Assembly: GCA_963827275.1 (NCBI GenBank)
Contig: CAWHAA010000009.1
Coordinates: 1-64,000 of the forward strand
Length of the DNA stretch: 64,000 nucleotides
Reading direction: 5' to 3'
Source of the DNA: an uncultured Spirochaetota bacterium
Lineage (GTDB): Bacteria > Spirochaetota > UBA4802 > UBA5550
Shown here in pieces: positions 1 through 11,698 of this stretch. The translations under genes and the position numbers were made by a program. The notes beneath the pieces are model-generated. The model was not told the DNA's origin, did not search any database, and saw nothing but the letters and a program-made list of their open reading frames with translations. Position 1 is the stretch's first letter. Each line of letters starts with the position of its first letter.

Positions 1-579
1 GAATTTATCAGGGATGAGTACAAAACAAAAGAGAAGGCTCTTGAGGCGTTTCAGATACTTTGTTCTGATTCCGATGCCTCCTATGCAAAAACAGTTCAAC
101 ATGATGTTTCAAGCCTTGAGCCGGTTGCAACATTCGGATACCGGCCCGATAATATCAAACCTGTAAAAGCGATGGAAGGCACGAAAATCGACCAGGTTTA
201 TATAGGCTCGTGCACAAACGGAAGAATAGATGACCTGAGAGTAGCGGCGGAAATATTAAAGGGGAATAAAATAAGCGATTCTCTTCGGGGTGTTGTTTCT
301 CCGGCTACTCCGAAAATCTACCGGCAGGCCCTTGATGAAGGGCTCATTACCGTTTTTCTTGAAGCCGGATTTTGCGTTACAAATCCGACCTGCGGAGCCT
401 GCCTCGGAATGAGCAACGGAGTCCTTGCAGAAGGAGAAGCCTGTGCTTCCACCACAAACAGGAATTTTATCGGGCGGATGGGAAAAGGCGGAATGGTGCA
501 TCTTATGAGCCCGGCCACTGCTGCGGCAACCGCCATAGCAGGTCATATAACAAACTCAAAATTATTTAACGGCAAATAA
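1..579 (+). CDS. leuC: 3-isopropylmalate dehydratase large subunit (5' partial)
   Basis: Frame open from base 1; aconitase-family motifs IGSCTNGR, CGACLG, STTNRNF; followed by leuD. Confidence 0.92.
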   Translation, partial: EFIRDEYKTKEKALEAFQILCSDSDASYAKTVQHDVSSLEPVATFGYRPDNIKPVKAMEGTKIDQVYIGSCTNGRIDDLRVAAEILKGNKISDSLRGVVSPATPKIYRQALDEGLITVFLEAGFCVTNPTCGACLGMSNGVLAEGEACASTTNRNFIGRMGKGGMVHLMSPATAAATAIAGHITNSKLFNGK

Positions 580-580
580 T

Positions 581-706
581 GACGGCTTCGTAAAAAGTCA
601 TTCTGCTGTGTTGCGCTTCATCTTTCGTCATTGCAGCGTACTTATATGTACGCTTCATTCCTCAAGATTCGCGCGCCTTGCATAATGAGCTTTTTACTTT
701 GCCGTC
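581..706. repeat. Palindromic MITE/REP-like intergenic element
   Basis: Imperfect terminal inverted repeats GACGGCTTCGTAAAAAGTCATT / AATGAGCTTTTTACTTTGCCGTC; internal hairpin GCGTAC-TTATAT-GTACGC. Confidence 0.65.
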
Positions 707-737
707 TAAACTTTGACTTTTTAAGGGCATATCAATT

Positions 738-977
738 ATGAAAATTTTCAGCGGAAAAGCACTTTTTCTTGACAGAGATGATATTAATACGGATGAAATA
801 ATTCCTGCAAAATATCTCACTGAAAACACAAAGCAGGCTTTAAAGCCCTATCTTTTTGAAGACATGAACCTTGAAGGTTTCAATAATAAGAAAGATCTTC
901 AGGGAAAGAGCATCATCATAACCCGGGAGAATTTCGGTTGCGGATCATCGAGAGAGCATGCTCCGTGGGCGCTTGAA
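738..977 (+). CDS. leuD: 3-isopropylmalate dehydratase small subunit, truncated at fragment junction
   Basis: DINTDEIIPA and ENFGCGSSREHAPWAL motifs; similarity ends and GC jumps at about 978. Confidence 0.9.
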
Positions 978-3179
978 CGGCCCCTTCCGGGTAGCCCTCG
1001 GGACGGGTGCGCAGCGTGACCTCACCGGGTCCGAGGGCCTCGACCCTGAACTGGCCCGTGGACCAGTGTCTCGACGTTCCAGCGTCCGAGAACGTCTCCG
1101 GCATCCACATCCACCATCGCCCCACCGATCGCCTGCCCCGCGGCGTTGACGACACGGCCGGAGATGACGGCCCCCTTCACCACGGAGATCTCCAGCGAGG
1201 CCGTGGGGCTGCCGCCGATCCGGATCTCCGCCTGGCCTTGCCGGTCGGCCACCCGCGCCCGCAGGCGATAGAGGCCCCGGGGCAGGTTCCCGAAGGCCAC
1301 CGATCCGACCGACTGCCTGAAGATCTCCCTCACCAGGGTGTGCGCATCCCGCGGACCGTCCATGCGCTCGATCTCCACGACGCCGTCCGGATGCTCGGCG
1401 GGGAGTCCGGCGATCCGGACCTCGAGTTGCGCGAGCGGGTACAGGAGGATGTCCAGGTCTTCGGTCCCGGCCTCCACCGTCCGGCGCGCTGTCTCATGGA
1501 CCTGGGAACTGACCATCAGGACGTGACGGCCCGGGGTGAGACCGAACAGCCGGAATGCCCCCTCGCCGTCGATCGGCACCGTGATCGGGGCACCGCCGCC
1601 CTCCGGAGTCAGCTGCAGGAGGACTCCCGCCGCCGAGGTACCCGTGGGATCGACGACCTTCCCGGCGATGGCGAGACCCCGCGGCACGACGACGTCGCCC
1701 ACGTCCGTCATGGGTTTCGGCCTCGATCGTGAAGATCTTCTCGAAATCGATGCGCTGCGGGATGACGACCGTGAGCCGGAAGTCGCCCGCGCGAAGATTC
1801 TGGAGGTCGAGCCGGCCATCGGAGTCCGTGAAGAGAGAAATCCGTCTCCCTTCGAAGGCGGCGATCCCTGCCGGCAGGTCCTCGCTCACCCGATCAAGCG
1901 TCGTGGGCGCATGGGCCCACGCGTCACCCGTCTCGTCCACCACACGACACTTGAAGGCCGAGGGGGCGGACAGGCGCACCATCACTCCGTCACGACGCCC
2001 TCCCGGAGTGAAGTCGATCGGCTCGGAGAACCCCAGTGATGTATCGGGGCGCCTCGACCAGCAGCACGCCCCGCGATCCCTCCGGAGGGCAGGAGCCCCA
2101 GGTGATCGAGAAGGTCCCGTCCTCGCGGGTGAACGGTCCCTTGTTGTAGGGTCCCGGCTTCTCCGGCCGGGGGTGAACGTGGACCCTGACGCCGGCGACC
2201 GGCCTCCCACTTCGCATCCACGACCCGGCCGGTGAAGGACATCGCCGGGGAGAGTTCGATCACGTACCCATCGGGGGGCTGCATCGGGGGGAAGGACCTC
2301 GCGACCTCCCCATAGCCGTCCGCGTGGACGAAGATCCCACCCGAATGGACGCCCTGGAGGACGAACCGACCGTCGTCCCCGGTGAGGACGAACCGCTCGA
2401 TGTAGTCGCCTTTCGACGGCGCCAGGGTTCGGACCACGGCGCGCGGAAATCGGGGCGCCGGTCTTCGCGTCCACGACGCGCCCGGAGGTCGGGGGCGTCG
2501 GCTGGACTTCGACGGTGACCTCCCGGGCCTCCCCGGGAGACAACTCGACGCCCGGGGCCCGACCGACGCGGTCCCCCGGGACCACGAAGATGAGGATCTG
2601 CCCGGGAGGCACCGCATCGAACTGGAACCGCCCCGCGGCGTCGGTCTTCGACTCGGCGAACCAGTCGTTATCCGCGTTCGCCGCCATGATGTCGCAGCCC
2701 GGGACGGGGGCGCTGTCGTTGAGCTGTGCGATGCCGAACACCTTCCCGGCCACGCGGAGCCGGATCCCGACCTCCTCGCCACGAGTCACACCGAGCAGCA
2801 TCGGCGAGATCATCGTCCCGGCGAAGCCGTCCTTCTCCGCCATGAGCCAGCAGTTGAGGGGGAGATCCTTTGCGGTGAACATCCCTTCGGCGTCCGTCGT
2901 CCCGGAAGCGCCGAGGAGGGGGGGCGTGAGCAACCGGCGAGGCATGACGACCCGTCGCACCGCGGCGCCGGGGAGGGGGTTCCCCTCCGGGTCCGTAACC
3001 CGGACCCGCACTATCGGGATCACGTCCGGCGCGAGCTGATACCACTCCCCGGTCGTCAGCAGCACGTCTTCCGGTCGGAAGTCGCTTGCTGCGGGCCCGG
3101 CGGGCCGGGTCGCGGCGGGCCCGCTGTCCCCGCAGGCGGGTAAACCGATCGCCAGAAGGAGCCAGAGACAGTGCTTCAT
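978..3179 (-). CDS. Lipoprotein with repeated carboxypeptidase regulatory-like beta-sandwich domains (frameshifted, 3' truncated)
   Basis: Lipobox-like LPAC after a signal peptide; repeated G-x-V-V-D...G.PV.GA.V and TDxxGxF motifs spread across ORFs 1494-3179, 1982-2782, 1990-2217, 1022-1819 and 916-1155. Confidence 0.75.
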
Positions 3180-3183
3180 CGCG

Positions 3184-5290
3184 CTATCCTCCGGACCGTT
3201 TCAGTCCGTAAATGCTGATCTTGCTGTCGAGCGTCGGCCGGGAGACCCCGAGCCGCCGGGCGGCTTCCGCCTTCTTCCAGCCGGTCTGGCGGAGCACCTC
3301 GCGCACCAGTTCGCGCTCCACCGCCTGCACCGCGTGCGCGGTGGCTTCCTTCAGTGTCTGGCTCCCGAGCGTCCCCGGCGGGAAGCGCGCCTCCGATCCC
3401 TTCTGGACTTCCTCGGAGAGGATGTCCGGCACGATGACCCGATCGGCCAGCGCAATCGCCCGCTGGATCTCGTTTCGGAGCTGCCGCACGTTCCCCGGCC
3501 AGTCGTAGCCCGAGAGCACGCAGAGAGTCTCGTCGGAGATCTCCGGTGCGGGCCGCCCCTTGTCCTCGGCGTAGCGCGCCAGGAAGTGGCCCACGAGGAG
3601 GGGGATGTCCTCCCGGCGGTCCCGCAGCGGCGGCAGGGTGACGCTGATGACCGCGATGCGGTAGTAGAGGTCCTCCCGGAAGGTCCCATCCCCCAGCCGG
3701 CGGCGGACGTCACGGTTCGTCGCCGCCACGACCCGGACGTCCACCTTCTCCAGCGCCTTCCCGCCGAGCGGGCGGATCGCGCCCTCCTCCAGCGCCCGCA
3801 GGAGCTTGCCCTGCATCTCGAGCGACATGTCGGCGATCTCGTCGAGGAAGAGCGTGCCGCCGGTCGCGAGCGAAAGGAGCCCGCGCTTGTCCCGGTCGGC
3901 GCCCGTGAAGGCTCCGCGCACGTAGCCGAACAATTCCGACTCGAGGAGGTTGTCGGGAATCGCCGCGCAGTTTTCCGTGACGAACGGCCCGTCCCGGCGC
4001 GCGCCGTTGAAGTGGATGGCCCGCGCCACGAGTTCCTTGCCCGTGCCCGACTCGCCCTGGATCAGGACCGGTACCTCGCTGTCGGTCACCCGGTCGAGCA
4101 GTCGGAACACGTCCTTCATGCGCGCCGACTCGCCGACGATGTTGTCGTAGGAGTACTTGAACTCCATCTCGTCCTGCTGGGCGCGCAGGATCTGCTTCAC
4201 CTCGTTCAGCTCGGCGCTCTGGCGGCGAACCCGCTCGTTGAGGATCCGGTTCAACTCCTCCACCTTCTCCTTGGCGCTCTTGAGCTCGTCCTGACGGCGC
4301 TGGTTCTCCGCCACGAGGCGCGCGTTCTCCACCGCGATCGCCGCCTGATCCGCGAAGGCCTCGGCGAGAGGGAGGTCCACCTTGCTGAAGACCCCTTCCT
4401 CGAAGCGGTTGTCCACGTAGAGGACGCCGATGATCCGGTCCTTCAGCTTCAGCGCCACGGCCATCACCGATCGGAGCTTCAGGTCCGCCACCGATCCCGA
4501 GGACGCCAGCCGCTCGTCGGTCTGCGCGTTCACGGTGACGAGTGGCCGGCCGGTGGTCGCGACCTCTTCGGTAATGGAGTGGGAGATCTTCTCGCCGGGC
4601 TTCCGGACCACTTCCTTGTCCATGTGGCGCGCGGTGTGGATCTCGAGCCCGCGGCGGGAGCGGAGGAGGAACCCGCGCTCCGCCTTGGTGAGCCGGATCA
4701 CGAAATCGACGATGAGCGTCAGGAGTTTCCCGAGGTTCAGCTCGGAGGTGATGGCCCGGGTGATCTCCTGCAACCGCGCGAGGTTGTCCCTCGTCGTGCC
4801 GCGGCCGGAGATGGCGCTCGACCGCTCCTCCACGAAGTTCTCCACGTACTCGCGGAGTTCGAGCAGGCCGTCGAGGCCATCCTCGTCGAGACCCGCGCGA
4901 GGAGCCGCCCCGCCTTCGCGCGGGGATCGGCGGCGTTACCGGCGCTCCGGCTCGTCCCGGGGCGGCGGCTCCTTCGGGGGCTGCCCCCCGGGCTGCTGAA
5001 CGGGGTCCACGCGGTAGTAGACCACGGTCGACCCCGATCTCGATCCGGTCGCCGCTGTCGAGGACCTTCTTGTCCACTTTCTTCCCGTTGACGCGCGTCC
5101 CGTTGTGGCTCCCGAGGTCCACGAGACGGTAGCCGTTCCGGTACGGCTCCACCCGGCAGTGCCGCCGGGAGGACGCCGGGTCGTCGATGCACACCGCGTT
5201 GTCCTTCGTCCGCCCGATCGTCGCCGGCTCGGTGCCGAGTTGCACCAGACTCACGTCGTTGCCGCTCGTGAGGACGAGGTGCGCCTTCAT
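3184..5290 (-). CDS. FHA-GAF-sigma54 AAA+-Fis HTH enhancer-binding protein (frameshift near 5030)
   Basis: FHA motifs IGR, SRRH, SHNGT from the ATG at 5290; GAF region; GESGTGKE, GAFTGA, LFLDEI and a C-terminal HTH. Confidence 0.85.
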
Positions 5291-7453
5291 CACCTCTGGC
5301 CCTCCACCACCTCGAGCCGCGCGTAGGAGAGGAGCAGCTTCTTCACGCCGTGGCCGGTGAAGTCCACGATGACGCGGGTCGCGGCGCCGGAGCCCGAGAC
5401 CTGGCGGACCCGCCCGAGGCCGAACGTCGAGTGCCGGACGAGCACTCCTTCCCGCACCGCGGGTTCGGGTTCGGGTTCGGGTGCGACGTGGGCGTATTCG
5501 TCCACTTCGAAGTGGAGATCCGGAAACGGGGTGGCGCGGGCGCCTACTCGTCCTCGATCGCTCCGGCGTCGATCTCACCCAGGAAGCTCGACCGCACGCT
5601 GAACGAGAACTCGCCCCAGCGGCGGCGCTGCCGCGCGTGGAGCAGGTGGAGTTCCTCCCTTGCCCGGGTGATCCCCACGAAGAGGAGGCGGCGCTCCTCC
5701 TCCCGCTCCCGTTCCGCCGCCTGGCTCCGCGAGTGCGGCAGGAGCCCCTCCTCGCAGCCGACGATGAACACCACGTGGAACTCGAGGCCCTTGGCGGTGT
5801 GGAGCGTCATGATCGATACGCGGGCCGAGCGCGGATCGTAGCGGTCGACGTCGGTCATGAGCGAGACTTCCTCGAGCCAGCCGACGAGGCCGCGGCCGGG
5901 GTTGCGATCCTCGAATTCCGCGGCGGAGGAGACGAGTTGCTCCACGTTCTCCATCCGTTCCTCGTGGTTGTCCGGGTTGCGGGACTTGAAGTGGGCGCCG
6001 AAGTCGGTGCGCGTCACGATCTCCGCGACCAGCGGGGCCACCGGGCCGTCCCGGCGGGCGGAGAGGTCCCGGAGCAGCGCCGAGAGCGCCCGGACGCCGC
6101 CGCGGGCGCGCCCGGAGACCCCCGGAACCTCGTCCACGCGGTGGAGAGCCTCGAGGAAGGGGATCCCCGCTCGTCCGCGAAGCGGATGAGCCGCTCGCGG
6201 GAGGCGTCCCCGATCCCGCGCGCGGGGACGTTCAGGACCCTGAGGAGAGTCTCGCGATCCTTCGGGTTCGAGACGACCTTCAGGTAGGCGAGGAGGTCCT
6301 GCACTTCGGCCCGGCGGTAGAACTCCGTCCCGCGCACGATCGTGTAGGGCACGCCCCGGTCGAGAAAGGCGAGTTCGAGGGGCCGGCTCAGCGAATGAAC
6401 CCGGTAGAAGATCGCCATCTCCGAGTACGGCACGCCGCGGCCGAGGGCGTCGAGGACCGTCTGCACGACGATCCGCGCCTCCTCCTCCTCGTCGGTGGCC
6501 GGCCGGACCCGGACCTTGAGGCCCCCCTCGCGCGCGGTGAAGAGATCCTTCTGCTTGCGGTCGCGGTTGTGCCGGATCAGGCTGTCGGCGGCTTTCAGGA
6601 TGTGCGGCGTGGAGCGGAAGTTCTCCTCCAGCCGGATCACGCGGGCGTTCGGGTAGTCCTTCTCGAAGTCGAGGATGTTGCGGATGTCGGCGCCGCGGAA
6701 GCCGTAGATGGACTGGTCGGGATCCCCGGTGACGTGGAGGTTCCGCTCCGGACCGGTCAGGGCCTTGAGGAGCAGGAACTGGACGCGATTCGTGTCCTGG
6801 TACTCGTCCACGAGGACGAAGCGGAAACGGCGCTGCCAGTGCTCGCGCACGTCGTCGCAACTGCGCAGCATCTCCAGGTTCTTCACGAGGAGGTCGTCGA
6901 AGTCGAGGCCGTTGAATTCGCGCAGGCGGCGCTCGTAGACCGGGTAGACCCGGCCCACGACCTCCCCGAACCAGTCCTTCGCCTGGCCGGCCGCCTTTTC
7001 CGGCGCGATGAGGTCCGACTTGAGGACGCTGATCCGCGAGGCGACCGCCTCCGGCCGGAACTGCGTCGTGTCGATGTCGAGCGCCTTCATCGCGTCGCGG
7101 ATCACCCGGACCTGGTCCGAGTCGTCGAAGATCGTGAACGCCCGGTCGAGGCCAACCCGATCGGCGCTGACCCGGAGCATCCGCGCGCCCATGGAGTGGA
7201 AGGTGGAGACCCACATCCCGCGGGACGAGACCAGGGAAAGCACCCGCTCCCGCATCTCCTCGGCGGCCTTGTTCGTGAAGGTGATGGCGAGGATGCTCTC
7301 GGGCGGCACCCCCTGCTCCATGAGCCAGGCGATCCGGCGCGTGACGACGCGGGTCTTCCCGCTGCCCGGCCCGGCGAGTACGAGGAGGGGGCCCGCGAGG
7401 TGCGTGATCGCCGCGCGCTGGCTCTCGGTGGCGTCCTTCAGGAATCGGTCCAC
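5290..7453 (-). CDS. pcrA: UvrD/PcrA DNA helicase (frameshifts near 6165 and 5545)
   Basis: AGPGSGKT, VDEYQD, GDPDQSIY, TLHTAKGLEF, FVGITRA; C-terminal Tudor-like domain VRHSTFGLG in ORF 5290-5505. Confidence 0.88.
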
Positions 7454-7554
7454 GGGGGTTTCTCGCGTGTAAAGCGGACTTGACCCGGCGATTGTAACCG
7501 GCCGCGTCACGGAATCTCCTTGCCGACGAACGGCCGGCGCGGTTTCCTGCCTCC

Positions 7555-7933
7555 ATGGCCCGTGGCATCGGCATCGACGCAGTGGAGATCGACCGGATCC
7601 GGAGAGCCCGCGAACGGCTCGGCGCGGACTTCGCGGAGCGGATCCTCTCCCCGGCGGAACTCGCGATCCTCGCCTCGAGTACCGTTCCCGATCAGTTCCT
7701 CGCCGGGCGGTTCGCCTCGAAGGAAGCCGTGATGAAGGTCCTCGGCACCGGTTGGGCGAAGGGCGTGCGCTTCGTCGACATCGAGGTGCTCCGGGATCTC
7801 CGAGGGCATCCCGGTGATCCACCTCGACGGCGCTGCCGCCGAGCGCGCCCGGGCGCTGGGCATCCGTCGCGTCCTCATCTCGATCACCCACACGCGGGAC
7901 ACCGCCCTGGCCCTGGCCGTGGGCGAGGACTGA
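7555..7933 (+). CDS. acpS: Holo-ACP synthase (frameshift near 7810)
   Basis: GIGID, AGRFASKEA; ISITH in the shifted frame ending at TGA 7931-7933. Confidence 0.88.
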
Positions 7934-7935
7934 AG

Positions 7936-8931
7936 TCAGGGCGCCGTCGCCCCGTCTTCCCGTCCGGCCCGGCTCTCCCGTCTCGCCCGCCTGGTTCTGC
8001 GGCGGGCCAGCGCCTCCGGGGTCGTGTCCCATCTCCGGTGGACCCAGACCCAGTGGTCGGGGGCGGCGGCGATCTCCCGCTCGAAGGCCTGGCACCAGCC
8101 GAGGGTCAGTGCGCGGACCCGCTCCTCCCGGTCGCCCCCCGGGTCCTCGAGCGGGGGCCGCACGATCAATCGGTGCCGGCCGGGACCGTCCCGATGGAGG
8201 AACGCGGGCATGAGCGGGGCGCCCGTGGTCACCGCGAGCGACGCCGGCCCGGAGGGAGTCCAGGCCTCGCGGCCGAAGAACGGGACGAAGATCCCCGGCA
8301 GCTTGTCGATGTCCTGATCGGGAAGGATCCCCAGCGAGCGGCCGTCGCGGAGAACCCGCAGCATCTCCCGGGCCTGCCGCTGGAAGACGGTCTCCACGCC
8401 CATGGACCGGCGCATGTCCGTCAGGAGCCCGTCCAGGCCCCGATCGTCGTGCTGGCGGCCCACCACCCTGCCGTCCCCGTCGAAGATGCGGAAGTAGACG
8501 GGCATCAGTTCGAAGAGCCCGAAGTGCGGCGTCACGATGATCAGGCCGCGACCGGCCTCCCGGGCCGTCCGCACGTGTTCCCACCCCTCGACGCTCCGCA
8601 CCATGGCCGTCGCGCGGTGCTTCCCGAGCCGGCAGAGCACGAGCCACTCGAGGAGGGCGGAGGAGAAGAGCACGAAGCTCGCGCGCGCCGTCCGCCGCCG
8701 CTGTGTTTCGTCCATCCGATCGCCGAAGGCGATCCCCAGGTGGCGGACGGCCTGCGCGCGGAGTCGGGCGAAGAGGTGGAAGGCGACGCGCCCGAGGGCG
8801 CTCCCGAAGCGGTCGGCTCCGCGGAGGGACAGACGGCCCAGGAGGGCGAGCGCCGGCGACAGGAAACGCAGCCCCGCCCGCAGGAGGAAGCGCCGCACCG
8901 GTCTCAGTTTCGACTTTCGCCTGCCGCCCAT
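7936..8931 (-). CDS. Lipid A lauroyl/lysophospholipid acyltransferase family protein
   Basis: HFGLFE (HxxxxE), PDQD, PFFG and WVWVHRRW motifs of the LpxL family. Confidence 0.85.
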   Translation of the reverse strand: MGGRRKSKLRPVRRFLLRAGLRFLSPALALLGRLSLRGADRFGSALGRVAFHLFARLRAQAVRHLGIAFGDRMDETQRRRTARASFVLFSSALLEWLVLCRLGKHRATAMVRSVEGWEHVRTAREAGRGLIIVTPHFGLFELMPVYFRIFDGDGRVVGRQHDDRGLDGLLTDMRRSMGVETVFQRQAREMLRVLRDGRSLGILPDQDIDKLPGIFVPFFGREAWTPSGPASLAVTTGAPLMPAFLHRDGPGRHRLIVRPPLEDPGGDREERVRALTLGWCQAFEREIAAAPDHWVWVHRRWDTTPEALARRRTRRARRESRAGREDGATAP

Positions 8932-9019
8932 GTTCCGTTCCGATCTCGAAAATCCTTGGGTCTTCCGCCCGTCTCTCTAGAATCGGGGTTTTCCCCGACG
9001 TTTTCCGCGGAGCTGCACC

Positions 9020-9307
9020 ATGGCGCGCGTCTGCGAATTCTGCAACAAGAGGACCGAAGTCGGAAACCAGATCACCCGGCGTGGTCTCGCCAAGGCGAAA
9101 GGCGGGATCGGCCGCAAGGTGACCGGGCGCAGCAAGCGGACCTTCAAGCCCAACCTCCAGAACGTCCGGGCCGTCGTCAACGGCGCCCCGCAACGGGTCC
9201 GGATCTGCACCCGCTGCCTGAAGGCCGGCAAGGTCGTCAAGGCCAGCCGGGCCGGCAAGGCCGTCAAGGCCGTCAAGGCCGTCAAGGCCGCCAGCGCGGC
9301 GAAGTAG
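9020..9307 (+). CDS. rpmB: 50S ribosomal protein L28 with Lys/Ala-rich tail
   Basis: MARVCEFC...KRTFKPNLQ...ICTRCLK. Confidence 0.95.
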   Translation: MARVCEFCNKRTEVGNQITRRGLAKAKGGIGRKVTGRSKRTFKPNLQNVRAVVNGAPQRVRICTRCLKAGKVVKASRAGKAVKAVKAVKAASAAK

Positions 9308-9341
9308 GCCATCCCCCTTCGCCTTGCTCCCCGCCGGGCGA

Positions 9342-9403
9342 GCGTGATTGTCAAATGGGCGTGATTGTCAAATGGGCGTGATCGTCAAATGGGCGTGATC
9401 GTC
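9342..9403. repeat. 17-bp tandem repeat, about 3.6 copies
   Basis: GCGTGATYGTCAAATGG at 9342, 9359, 9376 and partial at 9393. Confidence 0.9.
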
Positions 9404-9406
9404 GGC

Positions 9407-10303
9407 CTAGAACCGCGGCCGGCGGCGGCGCACGCGGGGAAGCGGGGCCGCGCCGGGGTCTTCCTCGTCGGCTTTTGACAGGGCGTCGATGACTTCCGTT
9501 GGCGCCTGGTACCGGTCCGCGGGATCCTTCGCCATCATCCGGCGGATCGCGACGGCGAGGCGCGCGGGGACGGCGGGGTTCCGGGTGCGGGCGTCCGGGG
9601 CCGGCTCCGTGAGATGCAGGGCCATGACCACGGCCGGCGTCGGACCGATGAACGGCACGCCGCCGGTGACCATGTGGAAGAGGGTGGCCCCGAGGGAGTA
9701 GATGTCCGCCCGGATGTCGATCGCCGCGTCCCCCCGGGCCTGCTCGGGCGCGATGTAGTCCGGCGTGCCGAGGGTCTCCCCCTGCTGCGTGTCGCTCCCC
9801 TCCTTCTCCACCTCCTTCGCGAGTCCGAGGTCGCAGAGCTTCGGCATCCCCGTCTCGGTAAGGATGATGTTCGCCGGCTTCACGTCCCGGTGGACCATGC
9901 CGTTCGCCAGCGCGTGGTCGAGGGCCCGCGCGACCTGGATCACGATCCCCACCGCCCGGTCGGGGGCCATGGGGCCGCCGCGCGCGAGGAGTTCCGCCAC
10001 CGTGGGGCCCTCGACGTACTCCATGACGAAGTACTTGTAGGCCCCGGCCTCGCCCACGTCGATCGCCGACACGACGTTCGGGTGGTTCAGGCGGGCCGCG
10101 GCCTGCGCCTCCCGGAAGAAGCGGCGGACGAAGTTCGCGTTCCGCGCGAACCGGGGCGCGAGCACCTTCACCGCCACGAGGCGGCCGAGGGAGTTCTGAC
10201 GCGCGAGGAGCACCGCGCCCATGCTGCCGCGCCCGATGCGCCGGAGCAGCGTGTAGCCCGGGATCTTCCGGTTCCCCTGGAGGTGGGTTTCGTCGGTGGT
10301 CAA
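9407..10303 (-). CDS. Hanks-type Ser/Thr protein kinase
   Basis: GRGSMG, VAVK, HRDVKPAN, DLG, GTPDYIAPE, DIYSLG. Confidence 0.93.
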   Translation of the reverse strand: MTTDETHLQGNRKIPGYTLLRRIGRGSMGAVLLARQNSLGRLVAVKVLAPRFARNANFVRRFFREAQAAARLNHPNVVSAIDVGEAGAYKYFVMEYVEGPTVAELLARGGPMAPDRAVGIVIQVARALDHALANGMVHRDVKPANIILTETGMPKLCDLGLAKEVEKEGSDTQQGETLGTPDYIAPEQARGDAAIDIRADIYSLGATLFHMVTGGVPFIGPTPAVVMALHLTEPAPDARTRNPAVPARLAVAIRRMMAKDPADRYQAPTEVIDALSKADEEDPGAAPLPRVRRRRPRF

Positions 10304-10743
10304 CGGGAGGCGGCGATCTTATTCCGGTAGCCGAGGAGCCGCAACACATTCAGCGAAGCCTCGTGCATCCGTCGCGCCGCCTCCGGTTCGTGATCGTCGT
10401 GCCCCGCCAGGTGAAGGAGTCCGTGGACCACGTAGAGCATCAGTTCCGCGAGAGGCGTGACCTTCCGCCGGGCGGCCTCCTCCACCGCCCGCTCGGCCGA
10501 GACGGCCACCTCCGGCGGATCGAGCGGGAAGGCCAGCACGTCCGTCTCGAAGTCGTGCCCCAGATAGCGGCGATTCAGTTCGCGGACCGCGGCGTCGTCG
10601 AGCACCGCGACCGAGACCTCGCCGGAGAGACCCGCGAGCTTCGCGGCCGCGGCGACCTCGCGCCGGAAACGCCGGCGGTCGAGGCGGATCGCGTCCTGAC
10701 GGTCAAGGAGGCTCACCTTCACCGCCGCGGGCCGGTCCGCCAT
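10300..10743 (-). CDS. ybeY: rRNA maturation endoribonuclease YbeY
   Basis: LNRRYLGHD..TDVLAF and HGLLHLAGHDDH; directly downstream of phoH. Confidence 0.92.
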   Translation of the reverse strand: MADRPAAVKVSLLDRQDAIRLDRRRFRREVAAAAKLAGLSGEVSVAVLDDAAVRELNRRYLGHDFETDVLAFPLDPPEVAVSAERAVEEAARRKVTPLAELMLYVVHGLLHLAGHDDHEPEAARRMHEASLNVLRLLGYRNKIAASR

Positions 10744-11696
10744 CACGCCTCCTCGGCGGGCGAACCGGGCCGGCCGGCGCGTTCGTAAGCCGTCACGATG
10801 ACCTGCACGAGAGGGTGGCGCACGATGTCGGCCTTGTCGAGGTAGACGAAGTTCACGCCCTCGATCCCCCGGAGCACGCGCTCGGCGTCCTTCAAGCCCG
10901 ACACCTGCCCCTCCGGCAGGTCGATCTGCGTCACGTCTCCCGTGGCGACGATCGTCGAGTTGCGCCCCATCCGGGTGAGGAACATCTTCATCTGGTCGGG
11001 TTTCGTGTTCTGGGCTTCGTCGAGGATGATGAAGGCGTTGTCGAGCGTCCGCCCCCGCATGAAGGCGAGCGGCGCGATCTCGATCACGTCGCGCTCGCGG
11101 TACCGCTGGATCTCCGCGAAGTCGAGGAGGTCGCCGAGGGCGTCGTAGAGCGGGCGCAGGTAGGGGTTCACCTTCTCCTCGAGGTCTCCCGGAAGGAACC
11201 CCAGTCGCTCCCCGGCTTCCACCGCCGGCCGGACGAGGATCAGCTTCCGGAAAAGCGCCTTGCGGAGGGACGAAACGGCCATCGCCACCGCGAGGTAGGT
11301 CTTGCCGGTGCCGGCGGGGCCGATGGCGAGGGTGATCCCGCCCTGCGCGAGCGCCTCCGCATACCGGCGCTGTCCGTCGGTGCGGGGCTTCACCCACGTG
11401 CCGTCGAGCGCCCGCACCACTCCGAGTCCGCCCGACCGCGCGGCGGGGACGTCGTCCACGGCGGCGTCCACGTCCCCCTCGTCGACCTCCCCGCCCGCCC
11501 GGATCCGTTCCAGCAGGCGCCGCACGACCCGCGCCCCTTCCTTCGCCACTTCCGGTTCGCCCTCGACGATGATCTCTCCGTTGCGCACGAGCAGCGTGAC
11601 GCCGAGGGCGTTCCGCAGGCGCCGGACCGTGAAGTCTTTCCTCCCGAGGAGCGAGCGCTCCTCGTCGGGGTTCTCGAGCGGGATGACTTCGCGCAT
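10743..11696 (-). CDS. phoH: PhoH family ATPase
   Basis: GPAGTGKT, RPAVEAGERLGFLPG, MRGRT, DEAQN. Confidence 0.92.
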   Translation of the reverse strand: MREVIPLENPDEERSLLGRKDFTVRRLRNALGVTLLVRNGEIIVEGEPEVAKEGARVVRRLLERIRAGGEVDEGDVDAAVDDVPAARSGGLGVVRALDGTWVKPRTDGQRRYAEALAQGGITLAIGPAGTGKTYLAVAMAVSSLRKALFRKLILVRPAVEAGERLGFLPGDLEEKVNPYLRPLYDALGDLLDFAEIQRYRERDVIEIAPLAFMRGRTLDNAFIILDEAQNTKPDQMKMFLTRMGRNSTIVATGDVTQIDLPEGQVSGLKDAERVLRGIEGVNFVYLDKADIVRHPLVQVIVTAYERAGRPGSPAEEA

Positions 11697-11698
11697 GG

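Noticed and set aside
6014..9381. Very long ORFs of 1059 aa and 608 aa as real proteins
   Set aside because: High-GC shadow frames fused to parts of pcrA and acpS by frameshifts
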